Positions 14,661 through 28,112 of a stretch of DNA of 64,000 bases are shown in pieces. Origin of the DNA: Takakia lepidozioides (taxonomy: Eukaryota > Plantae > Bryophyta); assembly GCA_030704615.1 (NCBI GenBank), contig CM060731.1, positions 73,594,001 through 73,658,000 of the forward strand, read 5' to 3'. Made by a program: the position numbers and the translations under genes. Positions within the stretch are counted from its first letter, which is position 1. Each line of letters opens with the position of its first letter. The notes beneath the pieces are model-generated. The model was not told the DNA's origin. It saw only the letters and a list, made by a program, of their open reading frames with translations, and searched no databases.

Positions 14661-14972
14661 GCTCTGATACCAAGTGTCGTGCACCTCACTTCGGTAAGCT
14701 CCCCCCTCAAGTCATAGTTACTCGCTTGATGCGTGCGCCTAACTCCCAACCTGGCCGCCCGGGCCAACTTGGAGCTCCGACTCGCTCACGGGGCATCAAC
14801 GGTCCCCTTTGATCTCCCAAAGAACCCTCCAACGATTTGGAACTAGCGAATTCCCTTTGGTAGTTGGCAGTCCGGAACAGCTCCCCACACCTATCGCTGC
14901 CACTGCCCCCACCACAGGGGCAGCCCCTCTTGTGTCCCGACCCCCCTGCCCTCAAGGCAAAGGGCCGCGACA
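14661..14972 (-). repeat. 5' LTR (14675-14972) plus tRNA-iMet primer-binding site (14661-14672) of the nested Gypsy
   Basis: gctctgatacca is the reverse complement of TGGTATCAGAGC and lies 2 nt from the LTR end; the LTR is a close copy of 9590-9890. Confidence 0.9.
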
Positions 14973-17900
14973 TTCAATGAGCTGAATACATGCTCCACAC
15001 ATGCAACCTCTTCACACAAGAGGTATCAGGCCCCTATCTTGGCTCCTTGGCTCATTGATGCTCTCTAAGACAAGACTAAGCACTCCACAGCCTTTGCCAA
15101 GCTCCTGAAACCCTAAGGCTTATAATTCCAGCCACAAGACACTCCTTTTGTGGTGCAAGAGCTCTTCTTCCAAGCTCTGAAACCCTAGGTGCACATTCCA
15201 TTGTCTTTCCGCACCTCTAGCTCCTGTTCCTGCCCTACTCTTGCCCATGACAAGAAGCCCTCTCAATGCTGAAGCTCGAGATTGAAAACCCAATCCAACA
15301 TACTCCACAAAGTGCACTGCAGCATGGTGCTTTCATCTCTGAGCTCAAGATCAAATGCCAAGGTCTACCACCTCGTAACCCACATCGCCTCCGCTTCTAA
15401 CAACCAAGAGCTCCACGGTGCTCCTTGCATAACAACCTGGTTTCTCTTATTCTCAAGCAAAAACCACAAGTGCTACAACTAACTCGTATCTGGCACTCAC
15501 AGATACGAGCTGATCTTTCTCGAGTGATAAAGAAGAAGAATACAAGCACAAGCTCATGCGAGCTCACAAAGCTGAAGCATAAACTCATGCATATATAAAC
15601 TCATCACTCCAATACAAGTCAAGCCAAGTGCACCCCACGCCGTGGGGAATCCACACTACGGCGCCATAGCTAGGCGCGGCGAGGCTCAACTCGAGAAAGA
15701 TGAGCCTCCCGCGCTTGCCATGAAGATAAACCACTCCAGGGCCTAAATCTACCTTGATGACCCCTGGATTGACACTTGGGCCAATCCCAAATGTCAATAT
15801 GTAAAAACTAGCTATTTCCTAGCTAGTTTCACACTAGTGGTAAAATAACTTGTCATCCTCCTTGTCTGGAGTAATGATGGTCTGATGGGATATATTTGAG
15901 GAGATGTTGTGACGTGAACCTAGCCCAGTCACAGTCAACTTGGGTGGGGGGTTTATGTGCGCCATTGAAGGTATGGCCAAGGAGTGCAATGTCCTATTGA
16001 AGTCTCCTGCTAATATGATATGATATTGTTGATGGTCGGGATTGGTAATTGTTTTGGATATGGTGTTTAGGATTTCAGGTATAAGCGGTAGGTCCTCTAC
16101 ATGGGATGGCATATACATGTGAATGAGAAGAATAGGTCGTAGAGCCGATGGGTGTAGATGAACGATCTGGAGGTGGATCAAAGATGAATGGGCCGAGTAA
16201 TTTTAGTGGTGGTGCTTGTTGAGTGATGTGAACGCAAGATGCCGAATGCCACACCCCCCCTGGTGGTGTTGTAGGGTGCGGAGCGTCTGAGGAGGCATTG
16301 TGGGGCGGTGAGGGGGTTACTGTATAAGAGGTAGTAGTCTGGGAGGAGTTTGCTTATATAGGAGCTGTTAGTGTTACTGGTGTGTAGCTTGGTTTCTTGT
16401 AACAGTATGATGTGAGGGGCGGAGTCCTTAAGGAGGTGGATGAGGCTCTGGATACTGGTAGCAAGAGAGCCGATATTCCAGGAGGTGATGATGAGTGAGT
16501 TGGTGCTAGTTGCGGATATAGGGACAAGAGCGGTTGTGTGCTAGGTTTTGTATGGGTGTAGGTGGTCTTTGGGGGGGGGGTGGGGTGGGGGGGGGGTATT
16601 GTAGTTATGGGTGTGGGGCGAATCCCGAGAGAGGGGAGAAATGGCCTTTAGTGTGGCAGCTAGATGTCTTTGGAGAGGAAGGGGAAATTTGTGAGTGGTT
16701 TCGATAAGGTCTAGGTCGGTAGTGGTTATGGTAGCAAGGTGGTTGCCTAGAATTTTATGTACGGCGTCGGATTGGGAGTGCAACAGATTGAGAGATGAGT
16801 GAAGTGTGGATAGATGGTGTGGTGGGGCCAAATAGTTGTGGGGGAGCGGTGGCAAGCTTTTCAATTGTTGGAAAAATGGGGCGTATTTGGGATTAGAGTG
16901 GGAGTGACGAATAACCGTACATGTATCCGACAGAGGTGAAATGATGATTATAAAGAGAAGATAAGGTGGGGTCTTCGGAAGGGCTTTGAGTTTTTGGCAA
17001 GGCTTTAGAAGTGCTGGGTGACGGCTAGGGGGGAGTCCAAATGTTGAAATATGGTGCGTGGGTGCATGTTTAGTAGGTGGGTCTTGCGGGAAGAAGGGTA
17101 TGAAGTGGTCGAAGATTTGGCGGTAGTTGGGCATCAGTGACATGGTGTCTGGCTGAAAGTAAAGTGTATATCTGTCTTGTGCATCTGTGGGAAGTTCCCG
17201 GATAATCTTGTTGATAAGAGGAGGACCGGGGTTTGGGTGTATGTCGCCACATCTTAATAATCAACAGGGATTAAGCAAGTGTTTAAAGTAGAAGGTATTG
17301 ATGCCGGGGGGGGGGGGGGAGGGGGGTGGGTGGTAGTGTTTAGATTTCCCTAATGTAGTTGATATCGGCCATTTGGGCTATGAGTGGTGAGGCGGGGATG
17401 GTGATATATATAGTGGAGTATCTTGAGGTGTTGAGGGCAGTCGTAGGGTGGCGTGGCCTTTTGTGCGAAGAAATGGTGGGGAAGATCAGAAGACGTAGTG
17501 GCAGCTTGTAACAAGTGAGTAGATAGGGGAGTTATATTTGGCAAAGCGTGTTTGGAGAATAATATAGTGCAGGTTATAAGATGGGGGAGGGGCCTGAAGT
17601 GGGTGATGAGCAGGTTCGGTTGGAGAGGATGAAGTCCGTTCATCCTGTGGTAATGGTGGGTAGGGTGGCGTGTAGGGGTTGTATTTGGATGTAGCGAACG
17701 GGATGAAACAGGATAAAAGTCCCTGTGGATGAATGAGGTGTCGGTTACATGATGATAACATACGTGATAGTGTGACATATGGGGGTATGCCATATGCCCA
17801 GATACTTAGGCCGGGCGAGTTGACCACTGTTGGATGAAGTATGCGCTGTGGATGATATACTGGAGGGTGGCAAATAATTATGTAGTGGGTATGGAGTGTG

Positions 17901-18224
17901 ATGGGGGTGTTTTGTGCATAGCGTATGGGTTGGGGGAAGTTGGCGTATTGTGGGTAGGGTATATTTCGCGGGTAGTTGCACCTGGTGAGTAAAAGCAGAT
18001 ATGCATGTCATACGTATTATGAGCTGGAGAAAAATTGCGTGGGTCGCTCTGTAAAATCATGACTTGGGGAGAGAAATATGGCCCGGTATGGATACGTACA
18101 TTCTGTGTAAAAAGCGTGAGTAGATCATTGTGTGAAAATATCTGAGCTGAGTAGTAGAGGTGTGGGAATACCCCCCCCCCCCAGAGAACGAGTAGTTCCG
18201 AATAGTTTGTGAAGACAGAGCTGC

Positions 18225-18350
18225 TTCCCAAGGATACATTTTTTCAAGGTAGCATTTTCCGAAGGTAGCATTTTTCCCAGGTAACAATTTGCCAGGGTAA
18301 CATTTTCCCAAGGTAGCATTTTCCCAAGGTAACTTTTTCCCAAGGTAGCC
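18225..18350. repeat. ~16-bp minisatellite (ccaaggtagcattttc-like, ~8 copies)
   Basis: Repeated aaggta(g/a)cattttccc units; explains the GKCY/GKML repeats in overlapping ORFs. Confidence 0.85.
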
Positions 18351-19224
18351 AGTATCTCAGAATATCTTGTAGTAAAAAAGAGCACGAGTTGGGAATCAGT
18401 GGTCTCATAGAGAACCAACGATTCTGAGTAGCTTGAGAAAGAGAAATAGAAAGTGGTAAGTGTTTTGTATTTGGGAGACAGCATGTGAAGGAGTATTGCA
18501 GGTTATAATGAGTAGACCACTGTACAAAAAAGATATTGGAATTGGAGTCAGAGTATGGTTGAGTGCCACAAACATAGTGAATTTGTACAAGAATTAGAGG
18601 ATGCATCGTACTCAGGTGGCTAGAAATGGAAGCCAGCGGATGTAATGTCATGTAGCAGGGAAGTGTGGTGACACGAAGACTATATGGGCATAAGTATTAT
18701 TTTGAGAAATAACTGAAGAAGCAAGGACAAGTATATCGGAGGTGGCTGCTGTAAGGTGGTGGGGGAGAACAGATATATTCTTTGAGGGGTGTCGGATAAT
18801 TGAAACCAGTAGACAGTACATTGCAGATAGGAGTATACAGTTATAGAGTGGAGGAAACCGTTCCTGAGGCTAAGCATCGTGTGAGTTAGCTGGAGTGGCC
18901 GCAGGTCTAATTGATCGATTGGGAGCTCAAGTTGACAAGTATCAGTGTGTTGGGAAGTCCAGTCTTTGTCCAGTGCATGTTCCTGGGGTTTAAGTAGCTG
19001 AGCCTGCATGGGTAGGATGCGCCAAAGGTAACAATTTGGTAAGCTCACTGCAATCAGCCATAGATCATTGAAAGGCAACATAGTAGCAAGCCAGTATGGT
19101 CTTGTTGCGAAATTACTAGAGAGAGCCAGACACAAATGAGGGGAAGGATAGGAGGGTTCCCTGTAGATCACAAATCTTAGGAGTGACAAGGGGTAAAGAT
19201 CCAGCGACGCCGGTTGGCAGTGCT

Positions 19225-19980
19225 CAGCATGTTCAGCTATCCTTGAACTCCATGAGACCACCACTCGATTAATCGATTCGACAAACAATTGGCTTGAATC
19301 ATTCAAGCTCCCGCATTTGGCAATCATGGCAGAAAGGGAACTCGGGGGCAGAACTAGGCAGAAGTGGTTCCCTGCAATCACACTGGCAGGGTTGGCATTG
19401 TGGAAAGAGTGCCACTCATGCGTCCTCTGAGAACTATATGTGCTGATTGCGGTAGTGGTAGTGAGGATGGGGAAGTCGAGTTGCCGGGGAAGTAGATGGC
19501 TGGTCGTTTTACTGCAATTTTGGTCATTTCATGAACTTCAGCTGTGACCCAAATGAACTGCTTGCAGCCCGTCCAGCATGTTGTCAATCCTGCCCTAACC
19601 AAGTACAGTTTATGCCTGTCTATAATAGTGACCAGCTGCTTACATACATCCTGAGCCCTATTCAACAACTGTGACTGCACAGAATTCTTAAAACACCATG
19701 GACCTGGGGAGTTGTTGGCTGGGAACAGGGTGCAGCCGGGCATACAGAGCATGTGGACAAGGGCGTTCTCCACAGCCATATCTGACTTAAATTCAGCTTT
19801 GATGGTGTCCAAATTGCTCCATTTACAATATTCCAGAGCTGCTGGACTGGCACATGCGCCGAGGGTACTAATAAGAGTGACCTTATCTGCCTTCATGCCT
19901 TCTCTTTGTATTTGCCAAAAGAGTTCGAAAGCACCATCATTATGAACATGCAGACCACATTCTGCAATCATCTTGATAAA
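19225..19980 (-). pseudogene. PLS-class pentatricopeptide repeat (PPR) gene fragment split in two pieces
   Basis: AFELFWQIQREGMKADKVTLISTLGACASPAALE..SDMAVENALVHM (~19980-19745) and MIAKCGSLNDSSQLF..NRVVVSWSSRIAEHAEH (~19330-19225) match consecutive plant PPR P/L/S motifs. Confidence 0.8.
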
Positions 19981-22783
19981 CAAGATAGAGATAGGGGGAG
20001 GCCTCTCTAGAGAGGGGCGGTGAGATTGATACCTATGTTGAAAATTATCCAGGTACCTCTGGAGAAAGAGCAGCAAAACTTGTCCGGGGAGGTCTGTGTT
20101 GATGCAATCAGCAGCAAGGTCGAACAGCGTTGGCGCGATCGCGTATAGTCGCTCCACAGAGTGATAAAGGGTCTGCTTGTGGTGCTTAAGAGAAAGCATG
20201 GTGCATACACAGCTTGAAGCACTGTCAGCTCTTACCTTGTAAGAGAGCTGGAAGCTTTTAATCGGTGGGTGGTTTCTCAGGAGCAGGAACAGCTGAGGGG
20301 TCGAGCAGCCGGGGCACCTGTGCACCAGGAGCCTGTCAGCAATCTCGAGAAGACAATTGCTGCCTTGACGTCGTCCGATCTGTTGAGGGCCCGACATGGT
20401 GGGACTCGCAGTTCTTGTTGAGGTGCGTCCATGGGGGTAAGGTGCCTTGCCAAAGTGCCAGAGGTCCGAGTAGCATGTAGCGCACTTAGGGGGGGAACCC
20501 AGGTGTGCGGAATTGCTTCCAAAGGGGTTGAGCACCACGCGGCTGCTTCTTTTGCAAGGTATGAGGGGTGTATTTGGTGCGGATCTTCATTTTCCTGTAA
20601 AGGGGGAGGTTGTTGAAGAATTGCCAAAATCGCCGGCAGCAGCGATTCAGCGATTCAGCTTCTTCGGCAGACCAAGGTCTGTGCATGCTGATCTTCCGCG
20701 CAGCCCAGTAATCAGCTCCTGGAGCAGACAACAGTGGTCTAGTGTTCGATTGTACCCATGCAGCAACTCCGAATACTCCAGCGAGTTTGCGCAGCTGGTT
20801 CCCAGCTTGGGGCAGAGAGAGGTTTGAGAGGTCCAAGGTTCGGCCATCGCGGTTGGGATATACTGCAGGTACACATCAGGGCCTTTGAAATGATGCGTTG
20901 ATGGAGCAAGCTCGACCATCGGTTGTTTTAGTTGCCTAAAGTTGTCTTGCGAGTTGTTCAGAGCAGACAGAACAAACTTATTAGCCATTTTGCGACTCGC
21001 CATAAGTGAGGCATTGTACCTGTAGAGCGAAGCAGCTGCGAGATACGCCATGGAGACGGTTGTGTATGAAGAAGAACTCCAGAAAGACATGGCGTTTCCT
21101 TTTGCGAGAGAGAGAGCCTACTGACATTGTACCGGTCCAATCTTGGAGCCAAAAAGAGCGAGAGGGGCGTTGGAAGAAGCGTATTGTCATGACGCTGGTG
21201 AGCAGGGTGTTGGGAAAGGAGGGGAGGTGGCCAGGGCGGGCGAGGTGGCCGGGCCAAGGGCGCATATGAGAGACTAGGAGCAGGAGCAGTTGGGGCATAA
21301 GCGTGCGCCGCCGGCGCGATAACTGTAGCCAAAGTAGCGGAAATGCTAAATATAATATTAAGAAAGACACTAAAAGTAAACATATAGCGGAATCCTAAGG
21401 ATTTAGTCATAGATAAAGACTTAGTAGAGAAAACTGTGGGAGAGCGGAGCTCCGGCCCCCAAGAAGTCTACAATGGTGGTTGTGTAGTGTATTAGGGCCT
21501 CTGACCATTTAGCATTAGGATTAGCACATGTTGGTTCATCTATTACCAAAGTGTGGTCCTATGAGGTTCAGAAAATATCCAATCTTTTTAGGTGTCTCAC
21601 CATGAGCTTTACGACATCCATGAAAGGTCCCTATGAGTCATGAGAATAGTTAGGTCATCGTTTGATTTGTCTATTACCATAGTGTGGTCCTCTAAAGTTT
21701 AGAAAGTATCCAATTTTTTCTGTTGACGTGGGAGCCACTGTTTAGTACTCCTAGAAGCTTCATGTTTAGGCCCGTCCGAGCTTGAGTCGAGACCCTAGCA
21801 TTTTACAATGAGCTGTGCAAATCCATGAGAGGTGCCTACAAGCCATGTCAGAAGTAGTATAGAATCAAAGTTCTTCCAAGGCTGTAATAGAGTAGGATCA
21901 TCAAATTGCACCGCGCTTCTCGCTCTTGCATCGTCTAGGGGATTCAAACCCAGTCCGGTGGGGAAGAATGGTGGTTTTGAAGTATTTTTTATCTGGGAAT
22001 TCCAACTCTCTCCGAAGAGGGTGAGTCGGGTGGTTTTGAAGTATTTTTTGGCTTTTTGCTTTTATTTTTTCCCTCTCTCCCGGAAGACTTGAAGTGACTC
22101 TCCGAAGAAGGAGAGCCGAAGGGAAATTACTGATCTTCATCTTTTTCATGTCATTTAAGAAAGTCGTTGACTCCAAGGGATATCAGTGATACCCTAGTAG
22201 GGAGAATGTGTGAACCAGAGATTCTAAGTTCTTTTACACTCGGGGTGAGTGTTCCCCATTGGTCGTCATATATGTAGATGCATGTATTGGTACAAAATTC
22301 TTTTCAGATCGTTTTTTATCTTAAGGCAGACAGTTTAGGTATTATACCGCCAAAGCAGGGCAGTTTGCGAGTTATCTGGGAACCGCTGGTAAAGCACGTA
22401 GGAACTTAGATCATGTCTGAGACGACCATGGAGAAGCTCTGGCGTCAAAATGACTGTAGGGCGCTGCATCGACAGCGAATTAGGCTGCCAATTTGGTACC
22501 TGTAACGACAACATGCATCTGTTCGAAACAATACATGACCACTGTTCCAGTCCCGGATTGCGATCTCTCTATTCTCCTGCCTTTCAAGTCCAGTAGGAGC
22601 ACACGGCGAGGAGTCTTGGCAATTGGAGGAAACAATCTGTATAGCGATGAAATATCGCGACAAAGCAAGTGCTGCATCGGAGCAAACGACGGATGAAGTA
22701 GCTTCCCGACGAAGTTTTTGAACTGCTCAGCGATCCAAAGTGTGTAGGAGGGAACTCCAAAATATCTGTGACCTAGTGGCAGG

Positions 22784-23602
22784 CACTACAACAGATCGCG
22801 ATATTTATGACTGTATATATGACTATTCTGCAGTCATAAACGGTACATATGACTTCTATGACTATAAGTCGTGCAAACCAAATGAATACAATGAGTACAG
22901 GATGGTATGGTTCGGATGACTACAGTCAGATAAACCAAGTGATATCTCTCACTGCAGTCATATATACCATACTGCAGTCGCCGCTGCCGTGCCACCTAGC
23001 AGGCGCAATTGATTAATTTTTTTCTTCAAAAACAATTTAAAAAAAAAACGCCGCGTCGTACCGCGTTGTGCCACGTGGCATAATGCATTTTATAATAATG
23101 AAAAAAACCATGTGACAGCCCATCTAAGGTGCCACGTGCTATCCCTAGCTCGTCTACTAAACCTAGGGCCATCTTATCTATTTGATTGTACTTAGAGAAG
23201 TTTGAACCTACAACCTCTTTATTATAAGAATTATAGTTCACTACCTGCTAACCAATATTATACCCATTAGTCATTCATGTAATCATATGGTATTTTAATT
23301 ATATTATACACACCAAATTACAAAATCCCCAGTAGTCATCATGACTATATAACCTCATCTATCTACACTGTAGTCATGGAAATGACTATTAGTGATCAGC
23401 TAAATTTGGTCTATTGCCGTTGACCAGCCTTCCGCCCATTCCGGAGCCATGTAGTCATACAGACGACTACATATGACTACAGTCGTATGAACGACTGCGG
23501 GAGGTCAATTTCATATAAAAACATGGTGCAGTCATGGTCAAAGTCAAGAAAACCATGACTACCACGGTTTGACAGTCATAATTACCGTGATCTATTGTAG
23601 TG
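22784..23602. mobile_element. Non-autonomous CACTA (En/Spm) element, 819 bp
   Basis: Starts CACTACAACAGATCGCG and ends CGTGATCTATTGTAGTG; 3-bp TSD AGG at 22781-22783 and 23603-23605; many subterminal (t)gacta / cagtcat repeats in both orientations. Confidence 0.9.
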
Positions 23603-26600
23603 AGGGCCAAAGACCCATTGGGGCACCACCAGTATTTTTACTGTCAGAAAGCGACAGACTACCTATATGGTGAAACCATTGAAACCAACAAAAGGTTTGG
23701 CTTTTCTTTCCCGATTCCCCTAAGAAAAGAGATGACTCCGGCTGAAGCCGGGTAACTTATAGTCACTTGACCTCGCGGCTACTGCCCCCTTTCGGGAGTG
23801 GGCCCTATTCCCCTGAGAATTTACAGGCAGCTACGGAGCATCTTATTAGAATTTGTCACCAAGTTTGGTGATTTTTGGAGGTGATGAAATACAACATCAA
23901 ATTATCAAGCCGGAGGCAGTTGCGAAGGACAATTAAATGGAATTCTAGCTCATCCAATGGATGAAAAATGGAAATTCGACCTGCAAACTGGATGGATGAA
24001 AAGACAACCTAGCGCTAACTGGTCATCCATTGGATGGAAGAAGAAACCACATTTATAAATATCTCCAAGGTTTCCATCCATGGTTATTATTTTATTATGA
24101 TCTATCGTTTTTAAATTATAGACTCATGTAGGAAATAAGAGTTTAAGACTATCCTTCACTAGTTTAAGAGGCCCCAAAAACACAATAAAAGAAGAGCAAA
24201 CTCCTCTTGTTCTTCATCTAGACTCATTTCTTTACTTTGGCCTCTTGCTTTTGTAGTTAGTTTTGAGCTTGATGGAGCTAGATCCTAGAGGGTTGAGCTT
24301 GTGGTTCTCTAGTAGTAGAAGCAAACATAGTAAGAGCGGGATAGTCCTAGCTCAAGGCCTTGTGGCCATGTGAGGCAAGAAGTAGAGGACGAGTAGGAGG
24401 CCAGAGGAGGACCAGATTTGAGAACCATTCTACCGAGCGATTTAGTGCATCCCGAGCACCACTTGTTTCAGAGGGTGACTTACCATATATCTTGACCTTT
24501 GAATTCAATTGTTCCATTTGTTGTTTAAGCTTGTCCCAAGAAGGGACCTTATAACATTGATTATTAGAAATTTATAAAAACTAACCCCATTGATTATTAA
24601 AAATTTATAAAAACTAACCATATTTTAAAGAGGATGTGTGTACATCTTTATGTGCATGTGTGATGAACACAGGTGTAAAGCCCAAAGAGACAGGGCCTTT
24701 AGGAATCTAACCCAATGACGTCAGGGAAGTGAGGGTAGATGTCCATTATTAAGTTTAAAGAGATGACAAGCTTGCATGAAGTGACGAAGCTCATGTCAAA
24801 TTTCCATTTCTAGCTTAGTGGTAACGGCCATATTGCATGAAACGGCGAAGCTATCGCCAAAATTTTCATATTATTAAGTCCATTTACATGTTCATAAGCC
24901 CCCTGGCCATGGAGGACCATGGGAGATATTGTTAACTAGCTTTATAAGTGATTAAGCTATTTTGTAGAGAGCTGCAAAAAAAAGCAGAGCCCAGCACTAA
25001 AGTGTCGCGCGCCTTAGGCGCATTTAGGCTGGAGGTCAACCAAGGAGGTTGCCTAGAATCGCCATGGAAAGGCGCATCTAACACTGGTGGCGCGGCCTTC
25101 CCCCATGGGAGGAATTGACCCCTAGAGCAAAGTACGGGTTGCTGGTACACTGTGTGGCAGCACCAGGCGCCATAGTTGGGCCTGCACAAGTACGACACGA
25201 GCGGCAGAGACGACGGAGCCTGCTATTACCCATGCCGGCGGCGGGCCAATAACGTCACGCCACGTGGCGCTAGCCGCAGGGTATCGGTTTTAACCGCTGG
25301 ATATTGCGACGGACCCCGCCAGGGACTGCTGGTCCCTGGTACGGGTATTTTAAGAAGGGTTTTCTCCCTATCATCTTTGATTTCTTATGCACTATTCATG
25401 ATGTTATTTTTGCATGGGAATGAAGACGTGTTTTAGCAAAGGATAAGAAATGGTTGGTACCATTGGATAGGTCCGATTGAAGCCATCAGTTTGATATCTA
25501 TCCCGGGGTTTGTGAAAGCACGACTCGCGGGTGGATGCCATAGGCAGATAGAGAGAGCCCAGAGACAGGGATGAGAGAATCCCTGGTAGGGGTTCCATAA
25601 GGTAGAAGATGACCTGTTCCTAGGCTGGGTGCTTGCATAAATTAATCAGATTATATTGGAAGTAGGTGGAAGAGGCATAGGGAATGGACCCTGGGACCCA
25701 CTGAATATTTAATTATTGTTTATACATTAGGTGGCAATTTTATTCATCATGGCCCGGTGATTGTTTAAGTTGCTAATACATTATTGATTGGTTTGGTATA
25801 GGAATTTAAGGGCGCTCCCAAAGTGGAAAGCGGTTCCCCAACGCTCCCGACATAAAGGTCGTTCCCAGGGCATTCCCCTGGTACCTTGAGGGTAATTTGG
25901 TTAGTTCCAGGATCCTACAAGGGTTCTTTATTTCTACGAATTTCATGCATTTGTAGGAAGGTTTTAATTATTTGTTTTTTTTATTATTCAGCAGGGTAAT
26001 TCGTCTTTAATAAGGGATTTTATCCGGACCCGCTTAACTTAAAAACGGAAGTTTTAAGGGACGTATCGCCCCCTTCCGCCGAGGATATTTGAAGGCAAAT
26101 ACCCGGCCGCTGGGCCATTGGTTTTATTAAATCTCGGGAATTACCTAGATATTCAAATTGCTATCATTCACCCGATGGACTGACCATTGAGGTTGAAACT
26201 TTGGATCGCTCCAAGCAGGGGAGACTGACTTGGGAAAGTGGATCCGGTCTCTTCCTCGGAGGTAGGAAACTAATCCACCTCGGGATTTAGGGGGGGCATT
26301 GGGCGGGAGATAGATGATTCCCGTCTCCCTGGGCTCGGGATTCGTTTTGTGAAGTCTTGAGCGACTTCATTGTTTTACTTTCTTTTGTTATGACGTTTCC
26401 TTGCATTTCGTATGTAGCACGTGAGATATCACATTCTACACCATATGTTTTCTGAAATTGTATTTTAGTGCTGATTGTAGAATAGATTCTGGTGATTGCA
26501 AATTCTAATTTGCAGTCCTTAAGATGACAAAGGTTCTTCTTTTCCTCTAGTTTCAATATTAATATTTGTAAAAATATTATTTAATATTTCTACCAATTTC

Positions 26601-28112
26601 AAGGCGTGACTCATGACTGTGGTTTTTAAGCAATCCTTGAAAATTCAAAATTTTCATGTTGAATTTATTGTTAATACTGCATATAATATAATCATCAATA
26701 TATTATTTCCATATTTATTAATCATTTAATATTATTGATCAAATGTCCAGATTTCATGTTTATGTCCATATTTACTTAAAACTGAGTTATATGTTTCTAT
26801 GTCTCCATGCTAGATATTTTTAAAGTGTTGGGTGGTTAACCAGACTCGCCCCATTTAACCACCGGTTCTGGCTCCCTAGGATCTTTTTTTAGCCTCTAAG
26901 GGGATTATAACTGGCCTTCTTCCAAATGCCAATGCTTGGTGGAACAAGACCACCGAGGATTCCCAAGGTGCAAGTTGTCCTTTTGTCTTCTTTTTGTCTT
27001 AAGTGTTTCATACTTAGCACCAAGGTAAGCTGCAACGTGCAATTGCATCTTTTATCATGGATATTGTTTGTTGATAACGACCAAACAAACTAAGCGCCTC
27101 TGTTACATAGTTCACTACTTTCTTATGCAAGTTAAGTCAGTCTACATATTTGACCTATATGGGAGTCTGTGTACGCTATGTACAAACAAATGTCAACAAA
27201 TGTCAATTGAATATGTCTTATGCAATGGAAACTGCTTTCAAATATATCACTAGTTAAGAAAATGATTGAGGATGAGGACAAATGTTTTAAATAATTTCTT
27301 ACAATATATAAGGACTTTGTCAAAGTGGCTCTAATTAGTTATGCCAACCTCGGCTTGGGTCTTTTCTCTCTTTTCTCTCTATATAACCTGGATCCATTTT
27401 GAAAAAATATGTATGTTCTTTATTACTCAGTGATTGCATCACAACCTCAGGTATTATTAACTAAGCTGCTCTTCTTCTCCCAATACTAGTCTCGCATGTA
27501 GTGTAAGATTGTACAACTCATCATATTTCACGATGTTGACATGCATTTTGATTTTGGACCGTCATCTTGTTACAATAACTAGAAGAATTTAAGTTTGGTT
27601 GTTTATATGCTTTTGTCTGTTCAACCTTTTTATGTTATTTGTCTCATCATTTGTTTTCTCAATGAAGGTGTTTTTCCTCATTCTTTGTAGACTATGCTAT
27701 GTTAGCTACCTCTGCCGATTATGTTATTGGGTACCTAGTTATGTATGCATATTTTTCACGCGGTACGTTGTTGTACCCATTGCTAGGGAATGGCTCTTGA
27801 CTACCTTGACGTTGTCTAAACTCATGGTCCCCAAAATACACAGTCGTGTTTTTCTCCTCGCTCTAAGGATATCTTAGAGCGGCTCTGAGATATTCACATT
27901 TGTTCAATCTAGGCTCCCTAGGGCCTTGCAACAACAACTAGGGCTTGTCCCTATGATTCAGTCCTTAGCACATGCACATGTCTTGAAGACGCAAATATAT
28001 ACATCAACAACTAGATGTAGCTCTTGTAGTCTGATTTTTCACCTATGTTGTTGGATACATGCAGTTCAATCGGAGTACTTGTTTTTTCATGTCAAATCAC
28101 CTTGGAGTTGCT

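Larger units (their letters stand above)
9590..14972 (-). mobile_element. Nested chromovirus-type Ty3/Gypsy element, internally deleted/rearranged
   Basis: TGTCG...CGACA LTRs of ~300 bp at 9590-9890 and 14675-14972; 5-bp TSD TTCAA at 9585-9589 and 14973-14977; PBS TGGTATCAGAGC on minus at 14661-14672. RNase H (TDASDFAIGGVL), integrase (WESISMDF, VVVDRFSK, TDGQTERVN), a GPF motif and a chromodomain remnant lie between ~10800 and 12650. gag/PR/RT are absent. Confidence 0.92.
1..15856 (-). mobile_element. Decayed Ty3/Gypsy LTR retrotransposon (outer element), runs off the left edge; interrupted by a nested element at 9590-14972
   Basis: Minus-strand fragments in Gypsy order: gag with CCHC-like knuckles (WTCGGPH, WYCGKHGHGEAQC, ~5900-7345), protease LDSGA (~5160), RT (VDYRPVN, YINDIIIFS, ~2250-2900), RNase H (VVAYASRS, TDHQPLKWL, 1668-1994), integrase (HEELGHFGV..WW..CMMC, AERLVQTVKRGL, ~600-1300). 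Many frameshifts. Repeats catgctccacacatg occur on both sides of the nested insert. The 5' boundary is approximate. Confidence 0.85.
15857..21480 (-). mobile_element. Decayed LINE 5' portion (upstream ORF remnants + AP-endonuclease start), 3'-truncated at the Gypsy boundary
   Basis: AP endonuclease motifs on minus at ~16490-15860: ITWNIGSL, IILLQETKL, HMYMPSH, IILAGDFN. C-rich coding strand typical of LINEs. The 5' boundary is approximate. Confidence 0.7.

Noticed and set aside
1-14972. Dense single-base frameshifts read as programmed frameshifting
   Set aside because: They are scattered at random; mutational decay or long-read consensus error in repeats is more likely.
15650-15666. TGGCGCCG-type PBS candidate (minus) for the outer Gypsy
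   Set aside because: Not adjacent to a recognisable LTR end; the outer element's 5' LTR could not be delimited because its partner lies outside the window.
23880-26560. Probable old TE debris (LTR-like and TIR-like pieces)
   Set aside because: No convincing termini, TSD or protein motif could be established by eye.
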